From: Octopus bimaculoides | Taxonomy: Eukaryota | Direction of reading: 5' to 3' | Length of the DNA: 52,237 bases | NCBI RefSeq assembly: GCF_001194135.2 | Contig: NC_068984.1 | Location: 44,588,101-44,640,337 of the forward strand | Shown: positions 1 to 12,081 of the stretch, in pieces | Numbering within the stretch: position 1 is the stretch's first letter | Layout of the letters: each line of letters starts with the position of its first letter | Position numbers and translations under genes: made by a program | Notes under the pieces: generated by a model | What the model was told of the DNA's origin: nothing | The model's input: only the letters and a program-made list of their open reading frames with translations | The model's database searches: none

Positions 1-353
1 AGCTGGTCTTCTCTTGGAAGAGCCCTGCTTCTCACATGGACAACTGTATGTTGGCTGCTCAAGAGTAGGCAGCAACAAAAAACCTATTTGTATATGCTCC
101 ACAAGGGAAAACAAGGAACATAGTTTACAATGAGGTGTTATAATCACAACAGCAAGAAAGTATGTACATGATCACCTTCTTTTACGAAACTTCATTGACT
201 TTCATATATTTATATTGATATACATATATATATGTGTGTTTGGGTGCGTGTGTGTATATACATCTCTCTATATAAAGATGATGCGTAGTCTAGACGGCGT
301 TTTTAGATTTCATTATTCTCTTTAACCCGGGCAACGCCGGGTATTTCTGCTAG
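1..353 (+). mobile_element. Helitron 3' end: PIF1-like helicase C-terminus (frameshifted), terminal hairpin and CTAG
   Basis: From position 2: AGLLLEEPCFSHGQLYVGCSRVG (helicase motif VI), a +1 shift in the A-run at 77-82, then LFVYAPQGKTRNIVYNEVL* (TAA 141-143); hairpin ACCCGG-GCAACG-CCGGGT at 325-342; CTAG at 350-353 followed by T. Confidence 0.9.
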
Positions 354-461
354 TATACATATATATGTGTGTAACAATATATATATGTATGTATATATAT
401 ATATATGTGTGTGTCTATCTCCCCAGCCAAACTCTTGGCCCTTCGATGTCTCTGACGCCAC

Positions 462-1250
462 ATGAACATCACCATAAAACCAGCCGACAAAGGTGGAGCT
501 GTGGTGTGGCGTGAGGACCTCTACAGGGCAGAATCTCTCCGCCAACTTCAAAACACGTCCTTCTACTGCCTTCTGCCCTCCAATCCCATGCCCTACGTGG
601 ATATCTCCTCACCACCTTTGCCAGAGCATGTTCTGTGGACTGTACATCTGCTCCCCCCCCCCAGCATCTCCTGTGTCCCGTTTCCCCTCACCTACCACCC
701 TACCTCTCCAACACACCATTCTTTGAGCCTTCCGGTTACTCCAGTTCAACCCCTCCATTTTGCACATCTTCCCTAACCAACTCGTCCCCTTCTTCAAACG
801 AGCCCACAACTTATGAGACCTCTTAGTCCACAGCTTCTTCCCTAACTCAACCTCCCAACCCAGCTCATTCCCCTGCTCCTGCCCACGTAGCTGCACTTGC
901 CCTTATCTCTCCAACACCACCCTCTTCACAGGCGTCCATCATCGACCCTATCACATCACTGACTCCTTCACCTGCACTTCTAACAACATCATCTACTGCT
1001 CTCTCTGTCCTCCTCTATACATTGGTCAAATGGAACGCTGCTTGGCTGACCGATTCACAGAACACTTCCAAGACATCAGACTTGGCAATGACACCCTGGC
1101 CTCATGCCATTTCCGCTCTACTGGTCACTTGTTACAACACCTGCCTGTGTTCAGATTGTCCTTGCACAGGGACCATCCGGACTCTCATCTTCGCCATGAG
1201 CTGGGATTAATCTTCTCTCCTCACTCCTTTGCACCACATGGGGTCAACTC
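462..1250 (+). mobile_element. Penelope-like element relic: RT N-terminal piece joined to GIY-YIG endonuclease, internally deleted
   Basis: ITIKPADKGGAVV motif at 462 onward; downstream FTCTSNNIIYC...LYIG...RCLADRFTEH...HF...HGVN is GIY-YIG-like; stops and frameshifts present. Confidence 0.82.
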
Positions 1251-1334
1251 TCCTCCCACTTCATCTAACCCTCCCCCAGTGCATCACAAAATAATGTATG
1301 AGAATGTGTGTGTGTATGTATGTATGCATGCATG

Positions 1335-2250
1335 TACTGGGTCATCCCATAAAGAATGTGGTTTTTTTCAATTGCATGAAAAGCCAAAGGGGGACAAGAT
1401 AAACTATCTGCATCAACTTGCTATAAAAGCGGGTAGTAATTTTACCTTGTCCTTATTCACAGTGCAAGTTTTGAAGAGTGTAGTTCGCTTTTGACAGTTA
1501 TGTTTTCAAAGCTATAATAGAAGTGACAAAGCATATTTGGTATATTTTGCTTTATGACTTCAATAAAGGCAACAACACAATGGAAAGTATAAGGAATATT
1601 AATGCAGCATATGAGGATTGGACAATAAGCGCAAGCCAGCGTCAATGATGGTTCCAGAAATTCCAAGCCTGAAACTACAGCCTAGAAGACAAGCCTTGTC
1701 CTGGAAGAACTGTAGAGCTTGACAAGGATGTGCTGCAAACCCTGGTGCAAGAAAATCCCAATGTAACTGTTGAGGAACTAGCAGAGAAGCTTGGATTTGG
1801 TCATTCAACCATTCATCGATACCTGTGTGCCATCAGAAAAGTCAGCAAATTGGGAACTTTTAAACCCAAACTAAATGATATCAAAGCAGCTTAAGTCAGC
1901 GCTAGAAGAGAAACGACCATCTTTGGTTTCAAGATGAAAGGTGTTCTTCCATCAGGATAATGCTCGTCTACATACAGTGAAAATGAAATTCCAAAGGCTG
2001 GAGCAGTTTGAATGTGAAATGATGCCCCACCCACCATATTCGCCGGACATTACCCCATCTGATTATCATTTATTCCACAGTCTTCGAAATCATCTGGAAG
2101 AAAAAAATATCAATTCTGTAGACAGGGTCAGAAGAGTACTGGAGGAGTATTTTTCATCATGGACAAGTGGATTTTGAAAGAGGGACCTTGCAAGTCTAGC
2201 AGACAGATGGAAGAGCATTGTAGAAAATGAAGGAGAGTATATTTTAGATT
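1335..2250 (+). mobile_element. Decayed mariner (DD34D) transposon with internal deletion
   Basis: N-terminal HTH segment (LYDFNKG...EELAEKLGFGHSTIHRYL) and catalytic C-half HQDNARLH...HPPYSPDITPSDYHLF...RWKSIVENEGEY; TA-flanked left end; several stops. Boundaries approximate. Confidence 0.88.
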
Positions 2251-2266
2251 TATGTATATGTGTATA

Positions 2267-2314
<48 letters not shown>

Positions 2315-2317
<3 letters not shown>

Positions 2318-4500
2318 TCATCATTGTTTAACGTCCGCTTTCCATGCTAGCATGGGTTGGACGATTTGACTGAGGACTGGTGAAACCGGATGGCAACACC
2401 AGGCTCCAATCTAATTTGGCAGAGTTTCTACAGCTGGATGCCCTTCCTAACGCCAACCACTCAGAGAGTGTAGTGGGTGCTTTTACGTGTCACCCGCACG
2501 AGGGTCAGTCAGGCGGTACTGGCAACGGCCACGCTCAGAATGGTGCATCTCATGTGCCACCCGCACAAGAGCCAGTCCAGGGGCACTGGCAACGATCTCA
2601 CTTGGCTTGCCGGGTCTTCTCACGCATAGCACATTTCCAAAGGTCTCGGTCAGTAGTCATCGCCTCGGTGAGGCCCAATGTTCGAAGGTCTTGCCTCACC
2701 ACCTCAGCCCAGGTCTCCCTGGGTCTACCTCTTCCACGGGTTCCCTCAACCGTTAGGGTATGGCACTTTTTCACGCAGCTATCCTCATCCATTCTCACTA
2801 CATATCCATACCAGCGCAATCGTCTCTCTTGCACACCACAACTGATGCTTCTTATGTTCAGCTTTTCTCTCAAGATACTTACACTCTGACGGGTATGCAC
2901 ACTGACATTACACATCCAACAGAGCATACTGGCTTCATTCCTTGCGAACTTACGCATGTCCTCAGCAGTCACAGCCCATGTTTCACTGCCATGTAGCATG
3001 GCTGTTCGTACACATGCGTCATACAGTCTGCCTTTTACTCTGAGTGAGAGTCCCTTTGTCGCCAGTAGAGGTAAGAGCTCTCTAAATTTTGCCCAGGCTA
3101 TTCTTATTCTAGCAGCTACACTTTCAGCGCACGCACCCTTGCTACTAACTTGGTCACCCAGATAGCGGAAGCTATCGACTACCTCTAGTTTTTCTCCCTG
3201 GAATGAGTTAGAAGTTGTTTCCTGTTTGTTTACAGTGTTTATTGCACCTGAACATCTGCCACATACAAAAACTAACTTCCTAGTTAACCTGCCTTTGATA
3301 TTGCTGCACCTCTTATGTATCCATAGCTTGCACCGGTTCTAGTCCTTGCTTCCACACCTGAAACTTCTCTAGTTCTGATAGTAACTCTGCAATTAGTGCA
3401 AGGTCATCAGCATAGAGGAGCTCCCAGGGGCAACCTGTCTTGAATTCCTCTGTGATCGCCTGGAGGACTATGATAAATAGGAGGGGGCTGAGGGCTGAAC
3501 CTTGGTGGCCCCCTACCNNNNNNNNNNNNNNNNNNNNNNNNNNNNNNNNNNNNNNNNNNNNNNNNNNNNNNNNNNNNNNNNNNNNNNNNNNNNNNNNNNN
3601 NNNNNNNNNNNNNNNNNNNNNNNNNNNNNNNNNNNNNNNNNNNNNNNNNNNNNNNNNNNNNNNNNNNNNNNNNNNNNNNNNNNNNNNNNNNNNNNNNNNN
3701 NNNNNNNNNNNNNNNNNNNNNNNNNNNNNNNNNNNNNNNNNNNNNNNNNNNNNNNNNNNNNNNNNNNNNNNNNNNNNNNNNNNNNNNNNNNNNNNNNNNN
3801 NNNNNNNNNNNNNNNNNNNNNNNNNNNNNNNNNNNNNNNNNNNNNNNNNNNNNNNNNNNNNNNNNNNNNNNNNNNNNNNNNNNNNNNNNNNNNNNNNNNN
3901 NNNNNNNNNNNNNNNNNNNNNNNNNNNNNNNNNNNNNNNNNNNNNNNNNNNNNNNNNNNNNNNNNNNNNNNNNNNNNNNNNNNNNNNNNNNNNNNNNNNN
4001 NNNNNNNNNNNNNNNNNNNNNNNNNNNNNNNNNNNNNNNNNNNNNNNNNNNNNNNNNNNNNNNNNNNNNNNNNNNNNNNNNNNNNNNNNNNNNNNNNNNN
4101 NNNNNNNNNNNNNNNNNNNNNNNNNNNNNNNNNNNNNNNNNNNNNTCCCTGTTTTCATACTCTTAATTGCTTTATCTACCCTGGTACTGTCAACTCGGAT
4201 AGCTGGTCCCTCTGTTGGGTCAACATACGGCAGGCTTTCTTTCTCCCATTCATTCTCTTTATTAAGAAATCTATCGTAGTGGCATCTCCAGACCTCTTTC
4301 TTTGCAGCCTCATTTAGTGCAAGCGTACCATCATCCATGCGAACACATTTCTCTCCTACGACATCACTATTCTCTCTCCTACACTGTCTTGCAACACGAA
4401 ATACCTTGAGTCTTTGGTCCTCACGGCATAGAACATTGGCAAATCTTTTCTTATCTGCTTCCCCTCTGGCTTGATTCATCCTCTGAATCATATTTGCATT
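2315..4500 (-). mobile_element. 5'-truncated RTE-clade LINE (RT domain and C-terminus, 3' UTR, (GAT)n tail), interrupted by gap 3518-4144
   Basis: HQGSALSPLLF, LLYADDLAL, HGSETW, RRLRWYGYV and GRGRPRETW motifs; 3' UTR ends in GGACGTTAAACAATGATGATGA. Confidence 0.93.
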
Positions 4501-4589
4501 AATAACATGTTAGTAAAATCATGGTTCTCTTTGTATACAGGCATGTCTCCTCCATCTTTCTTCAGCTGAGTGATTCTAATCTTGCAGGC

Positions 4590-4805
4590 TCATAGGCACT
4601 GGTGTCATGTAAAAAAGCACCCAGTACACTTTGTAAAATGATGGCTGGTAATAGAAAGGGCATCCAGCCATAGAAACGATGCCAAAACAGACATGGAGCC
4701 CAGGCAGCTCTTCAGCTGGCCATTTCCTGTCGAACCGTCCAACCCATGCCAACATGGGAAACGGACGTTAAAAATAATGATGATGATGATGTGATGACGA
4801 TGATA
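4590..4805 (+). mobile_element. SINE/LINE 3' fragment sharing the RTE 3' tail
   Basis: AAAGCACCC...GGGCATCCAGC...CCGTCCAACCCATGC...GGACGTTAAA(TGA)n matches the reverse complement of 2315-2490. Boundaries approximate. Confidence 0.75.
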
Positions 4806-6120
4806 GTTTATATGTCGCCAATTACTAATTCCTTAATAAAAGTGACGTTAATTTATGAAGCTGATATTGTAATTGGTTAACTTTGTTGTAATTATAGTTG
4901 TGACACTTTCTTACATTAGAGTTTTTGAGCCTAATTAAACAATATCTTTGGAATATTTAGTCACGAGTTATCCTTAAAAAATATTTTTAATGTAACAGCA
5001 GCAGCGGCGGTAGTATAGGTAGTAGTAGTAACAGTAGTTACTATATTTAGTAAGTGAATCTTTTTTATCCTCCATAGAGTAATATATATAACTAACTTTG
5101 GTTTAATCAAGGGATATGATAACCGGACAAAATGCTATTTAGTTTAGGAAGCAGTTGCAAATGGCATTCATTTTTCAAAGAATAACTAGAATGATATTTA
5201 ATTTAGTAAGAATTAGTTGAGTGTATGTTTTAGTAAATAGTTTCAGGATACGAATAATAATTGGTTAACTGCGCTGTACGTGATATCTCGACTTTCTAGA
5301 AAAAGAAAGAAAAAGAAAAAAGAAAAAATGTGACAGTCAAAGCTGAAACGCCTTTGATCATAGGTCTACCTGACTAAAGCTGACCGGTAACTAAATAACA
5401 ACAAACACACATTAATAGGGCAAAATTCGCTTATATGTGGTTGCTGTTTATTTAACACACCCTTTCACGTGTTTGAATACTTTTTTTTCTTTTAAAAGGA
5501 AGTAAATAAAACGATATATATATATATATATATATATAGATATGCAGGGCAGGGAATCGTCAATTAGTAATAAAATTAATAATCAACAATTTTGCCGGGT
5601 AGCTCAGTATGAAAAAACCTTCTTCGGTAAAAAATTTATAATATATATGAAGTATTCTCTACATACGTAAGAGTTTAGAGGAGAAAGTTGCCATAAATCT
5701 AACTTTATTAATTTTTTTCTGATTACAAAAAGTAAATATTATCAATCTTTCGATTCTAGGACGAATTGAAAGATCGCCTAATTTATTTGTTTTTCAGCTT
5801 CTAAGAATCTGATATTTAAAATATAAAAAAAAAATCAAAGCATACTAAAAAAAAAGTCAGGTGTGAGTTTTGGAATCTACTCTTAAAACAAACAAGTACC
5901 TTAATTGTATGTGACAAAGAAGAGACGCTACGCGTTTCGGATAGAATTCTTCGCTGAAAAGAATAGTTAATTATTAATTAAAGAAACGGTGCAATGTTGG
6001 CAAGTAAAAGTATTTACTCTGTAGAAAGACTGAATAAAAGATAATATTATTCTTGAAAACGAAACTATTATGGAACGAATGTAATGTAGTCAAAGTAACG
6101 TGCGGCTAAGTACTATAAAG

Positions 6121-6463
6121 CAGTGATTCTCAAACGGTGTCAGTACAAGACTTTTGGGGGTCCATACAACAAACTAGTAAATTGGGGATCCACAATATTT
6201 TAAGGGCCTCTAAAAGAAAAGTTTGCTTTAGATGTAATGTATTGGTATGTATTGCAAGAAACAGCCAGGTTTCTTTCTCTAACACTTTACATGGTTCAAC
6301 CTACACAAGTTAATGTGTGAAGAACAAAATAGGAATTTTGGAAAAAGATTCTATAAAACTAGTTTTTAAACATTGAATGGCTATGGGGGTCCAGGGGTCC
6401 ACCAGAATGAAATAGTAATCAAAGGAGTCCATAGATTAAAAAAAAAATCGTTGAGAATCCCTG
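6121..6463. mobile_element. hAT-type MITE, 343 bp
   Basis: TIR CAGTGATTCTCAA / TTGAGAATCCCTG; perfect 8-bp TSD CTATAAAG at 6113-6120 and 6464-6471. Confidence 0.9.
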
Positions 6464-7473
6464 CTATAAAGCATTCGGTACGCCGTCGTTATTATTGAAG
6501 ACGGATCCACTGTATATTTTGATTACATTCCTAATTAACTAGAGTAAAACTGGACTATTGAGTACCTATGTGTACCAAGAGTTAGAACTATAAAAAGGAA
6601 ATGCATGAAGTACTTTTCTGCAAAATGATGGCCTTCTTCAGTGCATTTGGTGGGTGGTTATGGTAAGCATATGAAACGTATCGTGCAGATGGGCACGTTT
6701 GGAGGTGTATCAAAAACAGTTTGTGGCAAGTGGCTATCATAGCGAACAAACAGGTTTTTGCAAGGAAAGCTATCTCTTGTGTAAGTTATCGATCATATAT
6801 TATTTGGACAAATGACATACCAAGCACGAAAGAAAAGCGCCGAAATAGTTTCCTATATGACAAATATATTGAGTTAGTTTGGTAATCAATCGATGATGTA
6901 AATATGAATCAGACGGATGAATTGTAGGATGACTAACTCGTCTGAATAACAGTCAGCGACTAGCTGGAGAACTAAATCAATATACACAGAGAATATCGGT
7001 ATAAACAAACAAAAGCAGTAAGGGATAAGGAATGTAAACAAGTGTGGTAAAAACAACAAAAATTATAAACACTCATACCTTGTAATAACTTCAAAAATCA
7101 TCTATCCAGGACGATTATATCTTTTTTACATCTATATCACAAAATCTGTGTGTATTTTAGGTAGATCTTCTAACGGTATGTAGTTTTGTTTCTGTGTTAT
7201 TGCAATACTGTACGTTCGGTTTGTTGTGAGGTGCAGCCTGTGACAACAAAGCGGTGCAAAAGAAGAAATCACACATGGCTGTTACAGTGATCTCCCTTTA
7301 ATGATCACCATCACCGTCGTGGTCGTGGTCATCGTTGTCGTCGTTTCTGTTGTTCCTGCTTTCCACTACCAGGAGGCAGCAAAAGAGCTTTGACGGAGAC
7401 GTTCAACCTCCTAGAAATAACAGTCAAATCTTCCTTATATCACATGCTACAGTCTTAAAATAAGAGGAAAAAG

Positions 7474-7532
7474 GGTAATTTTTCAGATTAACGACTGCAC
7501 GATTTTCACTAGGGTGTTAGGGTCAGGGTTAG

Positions 7533-7573
<41 letters not shown>

Positions 7574-7658
7574 GGTGTTAGGGTTAGGATTAGGGTTAGG
7601 TTTAGGGTTTTAGGGTTAGGGTTAGGTAATCGTGCGGGTGTTAATCTGAAAAATTACC
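7474..7658. mobile_element. 185-bp GG-terminated MITE (probable Merlin/IS1016) filled with (TTAGGG)n, inserted in a SINE
   Basis: 31-bp TIR at 28/31 identity (first 19 perfect, GGTAATTTTTCAGATTAAC); perfect 8-bp TSD GGAAAAAG at 7466-7473 and 7659-7666; interior is about 115 bp of imperfect TTAGGG. Superfamily is inferred. Confidence 0.85.
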
Positions 7659-8400
7659 GGAAAAAGTACAATGTCGTCGATGGAAGGGGTCTGTATAGAT
7701 GACACAGCTGGAAAGGCCTTTGATCATGGGTCAGCTTGACCAGTAGTGACTTGGGAGCTTTTCGATACGAGTCAATGACGCGACTCTACATGATCACTCA
7801 ATCTGTTCGTAATAGCAGCCAAATATCCTTTAAATCACACCCTACTATCTGGATAGTGTAATCTGCAGCCCACTATGCCTGATAAATAAAGTGTCATAAA
7901 TTTGGGGCATATTAGGGGTACGGACTTATAAAGGCGCACCCCAGTTGTGACAAGCCGAATCTGCGGATAAAAAGGGGGGAAAAAACTGCTGCTAATCTCG
8001 AATCCCCGAGCTGAATGTCTCACATTTTCATGCTTAGGAACAACCATGAAAATTTAGACTGACGTCCTTTGGTAAGCTGTTATTCTGGTTAAGTTACTTA
8101 CCTTCACACTACCAAATATTACCACTTTAGCTTCAGCAATATTGATTGCTATCCTTTTATGCAAACAAGCTACAGCACACAAATGCTGGGGACACAAATA
8201 TGCTTATTATATACTGAATAAAATATATACGTTATTCATCAATATAACTATACGGTATAGATATATTTTTTAAATTTATAACATTCATTTGCTAATCATT
8301 CTAAGAATAGATACTGGTAGGCCTTGTCGTAGCACTAAAATTAACGTTTGCCAGTTGCCAAATCTATCTTCAGCATATAAGGCACAGGGTAAGTTTTGTG

Positions 8401-8462
8401 GAAGAAGAAGAAGAAGAAGAAGAAGAAGAAGAAGAAGAAGAAGAAGAAGAAGAAGAAGAAGA
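8401..8462. repeat. (GAA)n microsatellite
   Basis: About 20 pure GAA units. Confidence 0.95.
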
Positions 8463-8673
8463 ATGTGTTTTTACACAAATTCTATTGAGACAAATTTCTT
8501 CTCAGATATTAAATAGGACAGTGCTGTATGCATTTTCATACATATTCTCGCTACTTGCGTGTGTGTGTGTGTGTGTGCACAAATTGCCGTTCTTTTCGCC
8601 TGACAAGCAAAGCGAGAGGGGCTGCAATAAGCACATCACTTCAATTTACAACACCTGCATCAAAGAACAATAG

Positions 8674-8738
<65 letters not shown>

Positions 8739-9925
8739 CAAACACATATATATATATAAATACACTGGAACTCTATCGTAGCTGGAGTGTGTGTGCCGCC
8801 TGGAGCGGCCCTTCCGTTTGCTAACCCCGGACCGCACAGAAACACATATTNNNNNNNNNNNNNNNNNNNNNNNNNNNNNNNNNNNNNNNNNNNNNNNNNN
8901 NNNNNNNNNNNNNNNNNNNNNNNNNNNNNNNNNNNNNNNNNNNNNNNNNNNNNNNNNNNNNNNNNNNNNNNNNNNNNNNNNNNNNNNNNNNNNNNNNNNN
9001 NNNNNNNNNNNNNNNNNNNNNNNNNNNNNNNNNNNNNNNNNNNNNNNNNNNNNNNNNNNNNNNNNNNNNNNNNNNNNNNNNNNNNNNNNNNNNNNNNNNN
9101 NNNNNNNNNNNNNNNNNNNNNNNNNNNNNNNNNNNNNNNNNNNNNNNNNNNNNNNNNNNNNNNNNNNNNNNNNNNNNNNNNNNNNNNNNNNNNNNNNNNN
9201 NNNNNNNNNNNNNNNNNNNNNNNNNNNNNNNNNNNNNNNNNNNNNNNNNNNNNNNNGACAAAAATAGAAGAACAGAATTTTTTGTCAAAAATGGAAGAAC
9301 ATAATGGACTAAGCAGAGTACGGAAAGTGTCACAGCTGAAGAGGTCACAGATGTATGACGAAAGATTTTCGGACAATGGACACGTGTTAAAATAAGAACA
9401 GTAATAAACGAGTGAAGAACGAATATATATATTGCGCCTGTTTATTTTGAAAAAAAAAAAAAAAAGTACCGTCCCGAAATACAACAATATCTGTTTCAAT
9501 ACACGGTTTAACATCAGGAAACTTGCAACACAAATTCATGAACGTAACAATTCTATATTGCTATGAATACATCTTTAGCGCATACTTTTGCTATTAGAGG
9601 TGGTGAGAGGAAAGTATAATCTATGTGTTCTGACTAGAGTCTAAATCTTGAATGTATGCATGTGTCTGTTTCTGTATGTGTTTCATGCATTTTCTTTGGC
9701 GTTAGTCTTTATTTCTTTTTGTCTATTGTCCACCAATGGAGAGAGGTTCTTGAACGTGTTGATTTAATAATGAAGAGAATTATTCTGCTTTCAGTATTTC
9801 AGAAATTATTTCGAATAAAAGTGCTTTAGTATAAGAGTACATTAGTTGTACTATTTTTATTGATTCAATGTACTATTTTCGCTCAAATCTGGAGGCATAC
9901 AAAGAGAATTAGAATTTTAACATAT

Positions 9926-10315
9926 TCTTTTATTCTTTTACTTGTTTCAGTCATTTGACTACAGTCATACTGGAGCACAGCCTTCAAAGTTTTAGTCGAA
10001 CAAATCGACCCCCAAGACTTTTTTAATGCCTAGTACTTATTCTATTGGTTTCTTTTGCCGAACTGCTCAGTTACGGGGACGTAGACACAACAACACCAGT
10101 TGTCAAGAGGTGATGGATGGACAAACACAGACACAAAGACACACACACACACACATGTATGTATGGCAGACTTCTTTCACTTTCCGTCAACCAAATCAAC
10201 TTACAAGCTTTGGTCGACACGAGGCTATAGCAGAAGACACTTGCCCAAGGTGTCACGCAGTGGGACAGAATCCGGAACCAACGTGGTAGGGAAGCAAGCT
10301 TCTTACCACACAGCC
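9926..10315 (-). mobile_element. tRNA-derived octopod SINE (OK/OR-type), near full length
   Basis: tRNA-like head, CCTTGGGCAAGTGTCTT core, central (CA)n, and 3' domain ACGTCCCCGTAAC...GACTGAAACAAGTAAAAG. Related copies at about 15775-15915, 23758-23915, 25250-25405, 34555-34950, 36205-36445 and 47995-48414. Confidence 0.85.
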
Positions 10316-10334
10316 TCTACATAGATACTCACGT

Positions 10335-10565
10335 ATGCACGTACTTACCTACATACATATATGCATTACATACATACACCCATACTACCTACCTACCTAC
10401 CTACCTACATACATACATACATTCATACATACATACATACATACATACATACGTACATACACACATAAATACATACATACCGACCGACAGACAGACAGAC
10501 ATACATGCAAGCATACATGCATACATACATACATACAAACATAGATGCATGCATGCATGCATACA

Positions 10566-10595
<30 letters not shown>
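10335..10595. repeat. Compound (CATA)n/(CCTA)n/(CAGA)n tetranucleotide array
   Basis: Directly visible; source of several spurious ORFs. Confidence 0.95.
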
Positions 10596-10596
<1 letters not shown>

Positions 10597-10666
10597 CTTC
10601 ATGTGAGAATCCTTAAATGAATTTATGCACACACTTAGTCGCGTACATCTACAAAGACACACATGT

Positions 10667-11060
10667 ACGAGGGTCGGCTGAAATAGTTCATTGGCTGATG
10701 AAGATACTCTCATGGAATGTGACCAAATGAGGTTTATTTTACAACATAGTCCCTCTTGCGGTTCACACACTCCTCCCATCGCTGTTGCAGTGCTAGAATT
10801 CCATTGGTGAAGCTTTCATCCTGTTGGCCAAAATAGTCATACACAGCAGTATCACTGCAATACTGGTTTCTAGCCATGTGTTTTTTTCATGTTGGGAACA
10901 GATGATAGTCAGATGGGCCCAAATCAAGAGAATATGGGCGGGGGTTAAGCAACCAGTTCAAAGCCACAGTCACACAAGCAGCCATTGAAACCAAGGACTT
11001 GTGCGCTGGAGCATTGATGAAGAAAGTACACTTTCGTCAGTTTTTCTGGCGTTTGCGCTT
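10667..11060 (-). mobile_element. Mariner 3' fragment with TIR
   Basis: TIR-like TACGAGGGTCGGCTGAAATAGTTC; minus strand reads RWEECVNRKRDYV, the mariner C-terminus. Confidence 0.75.
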
Positions 11061-12016
11061 GATAGTCAATAAACGCTACACCTTTTGCATCCCCACAAAA
11101 GTGAGGTTATCACTTCCCATGGAGATGAAAAACTTTGGCTTTCTGTATGTATGCATGTATGCATGTATGTATGTATGTATGTATGTATGTATATATATAT
11201 ATATAATTAATCCCCCCACCAAATGAAAAAACCGAAGAAAAAGCAAAACACAAGAAAAAACAACGCGAGCACGTGGTACATGCAAAGTATTAAAAAAACT
11301 CTCAGGGAAAGAAAGAAAGGATGTTTTACGTTTCGAGGAAATCACTTCTTCAGAAACAAGAGACAGAAGAAAGTCCAAGAAAAGGAAGACGGAGGACAAA
11401 AATCGCCAAAAGTCCACATGTAGTTACATATGTATATATATATGTGTGTATATATGTGTTATCATTCGATAAGTTAGCGTAGATGTATTTGACAAGCTCT
11501 TCTAAAAATTTGGAGGTCACTCATGATATATATATATATATATATATATATCAAGAGTGACCGCCAAATTTCTAGGAGAGCTTGTCAAATACATCTGTGA
11601 TTACTTATCAAATGATAAACCTTCCTGGGCGAAAGTTCAAAGTCAATGTCTCATTTAATCAGACTACTATTCATTCTCCTCGATACACTAAGTGCGTTAT
11701 TCAGTTGATTATTTAAACCTTTTCATGCGGAAAATATTTGCATCTATCTATTACTAGACAAACAGGCACATGCTCACGCACGCACGTCGCACGCACACAC
11801 ACACGCACACATACACACACATGCTTGTATGTATGTATTTACGTATGTCTGTATGTATATTTTCATTGAGATGAGTAAACTTCATGGAGGTCAAGCCGAT
11901 CGCAAACAAAGTGACAAGACATTTTGAATTAAGGCAGTTCCCGGGGTTTGAAAATATGTGTTTGCGTTAGTGTGTAGTTGCATCTATGTTCTGTGTGAAC
12001 AAGTCTCTAGAGTACT

Positions 12017-12081
<65 letters not shown>

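Noticed and set aside
3313-4491. Long ORFs (392, 334, 332, 284, 241 aa and similar) in the ORF track
   Set aside because: Length comes from N-runs translated as X; only the RTE-derived parts are meaningful.
5925-5965. Second hammerhead-like motif on the minus strand (GAAACGCGTA)
   Set aside because: CUGANGA core and stems I and II are not recoverable; at most a decayed relic.
6600-6790. Possible exons suggested by GTAAG motifs at about 6663 and 6781
   Set aside because: No frame on either strand gave a recognisable protein or a consistent phase chain.
7513-7626. True telomere or ancient chromosome fusion site
   Set aside because: The tract is enclosed by TIRs and a perfect TSD inside a SINE, so it is TE cargo.
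11223-11423. Lys/Arg-rich 66-aa ORF
   Set aside because: A-rich low-complexity sequence with no recognisable domain or splice context.
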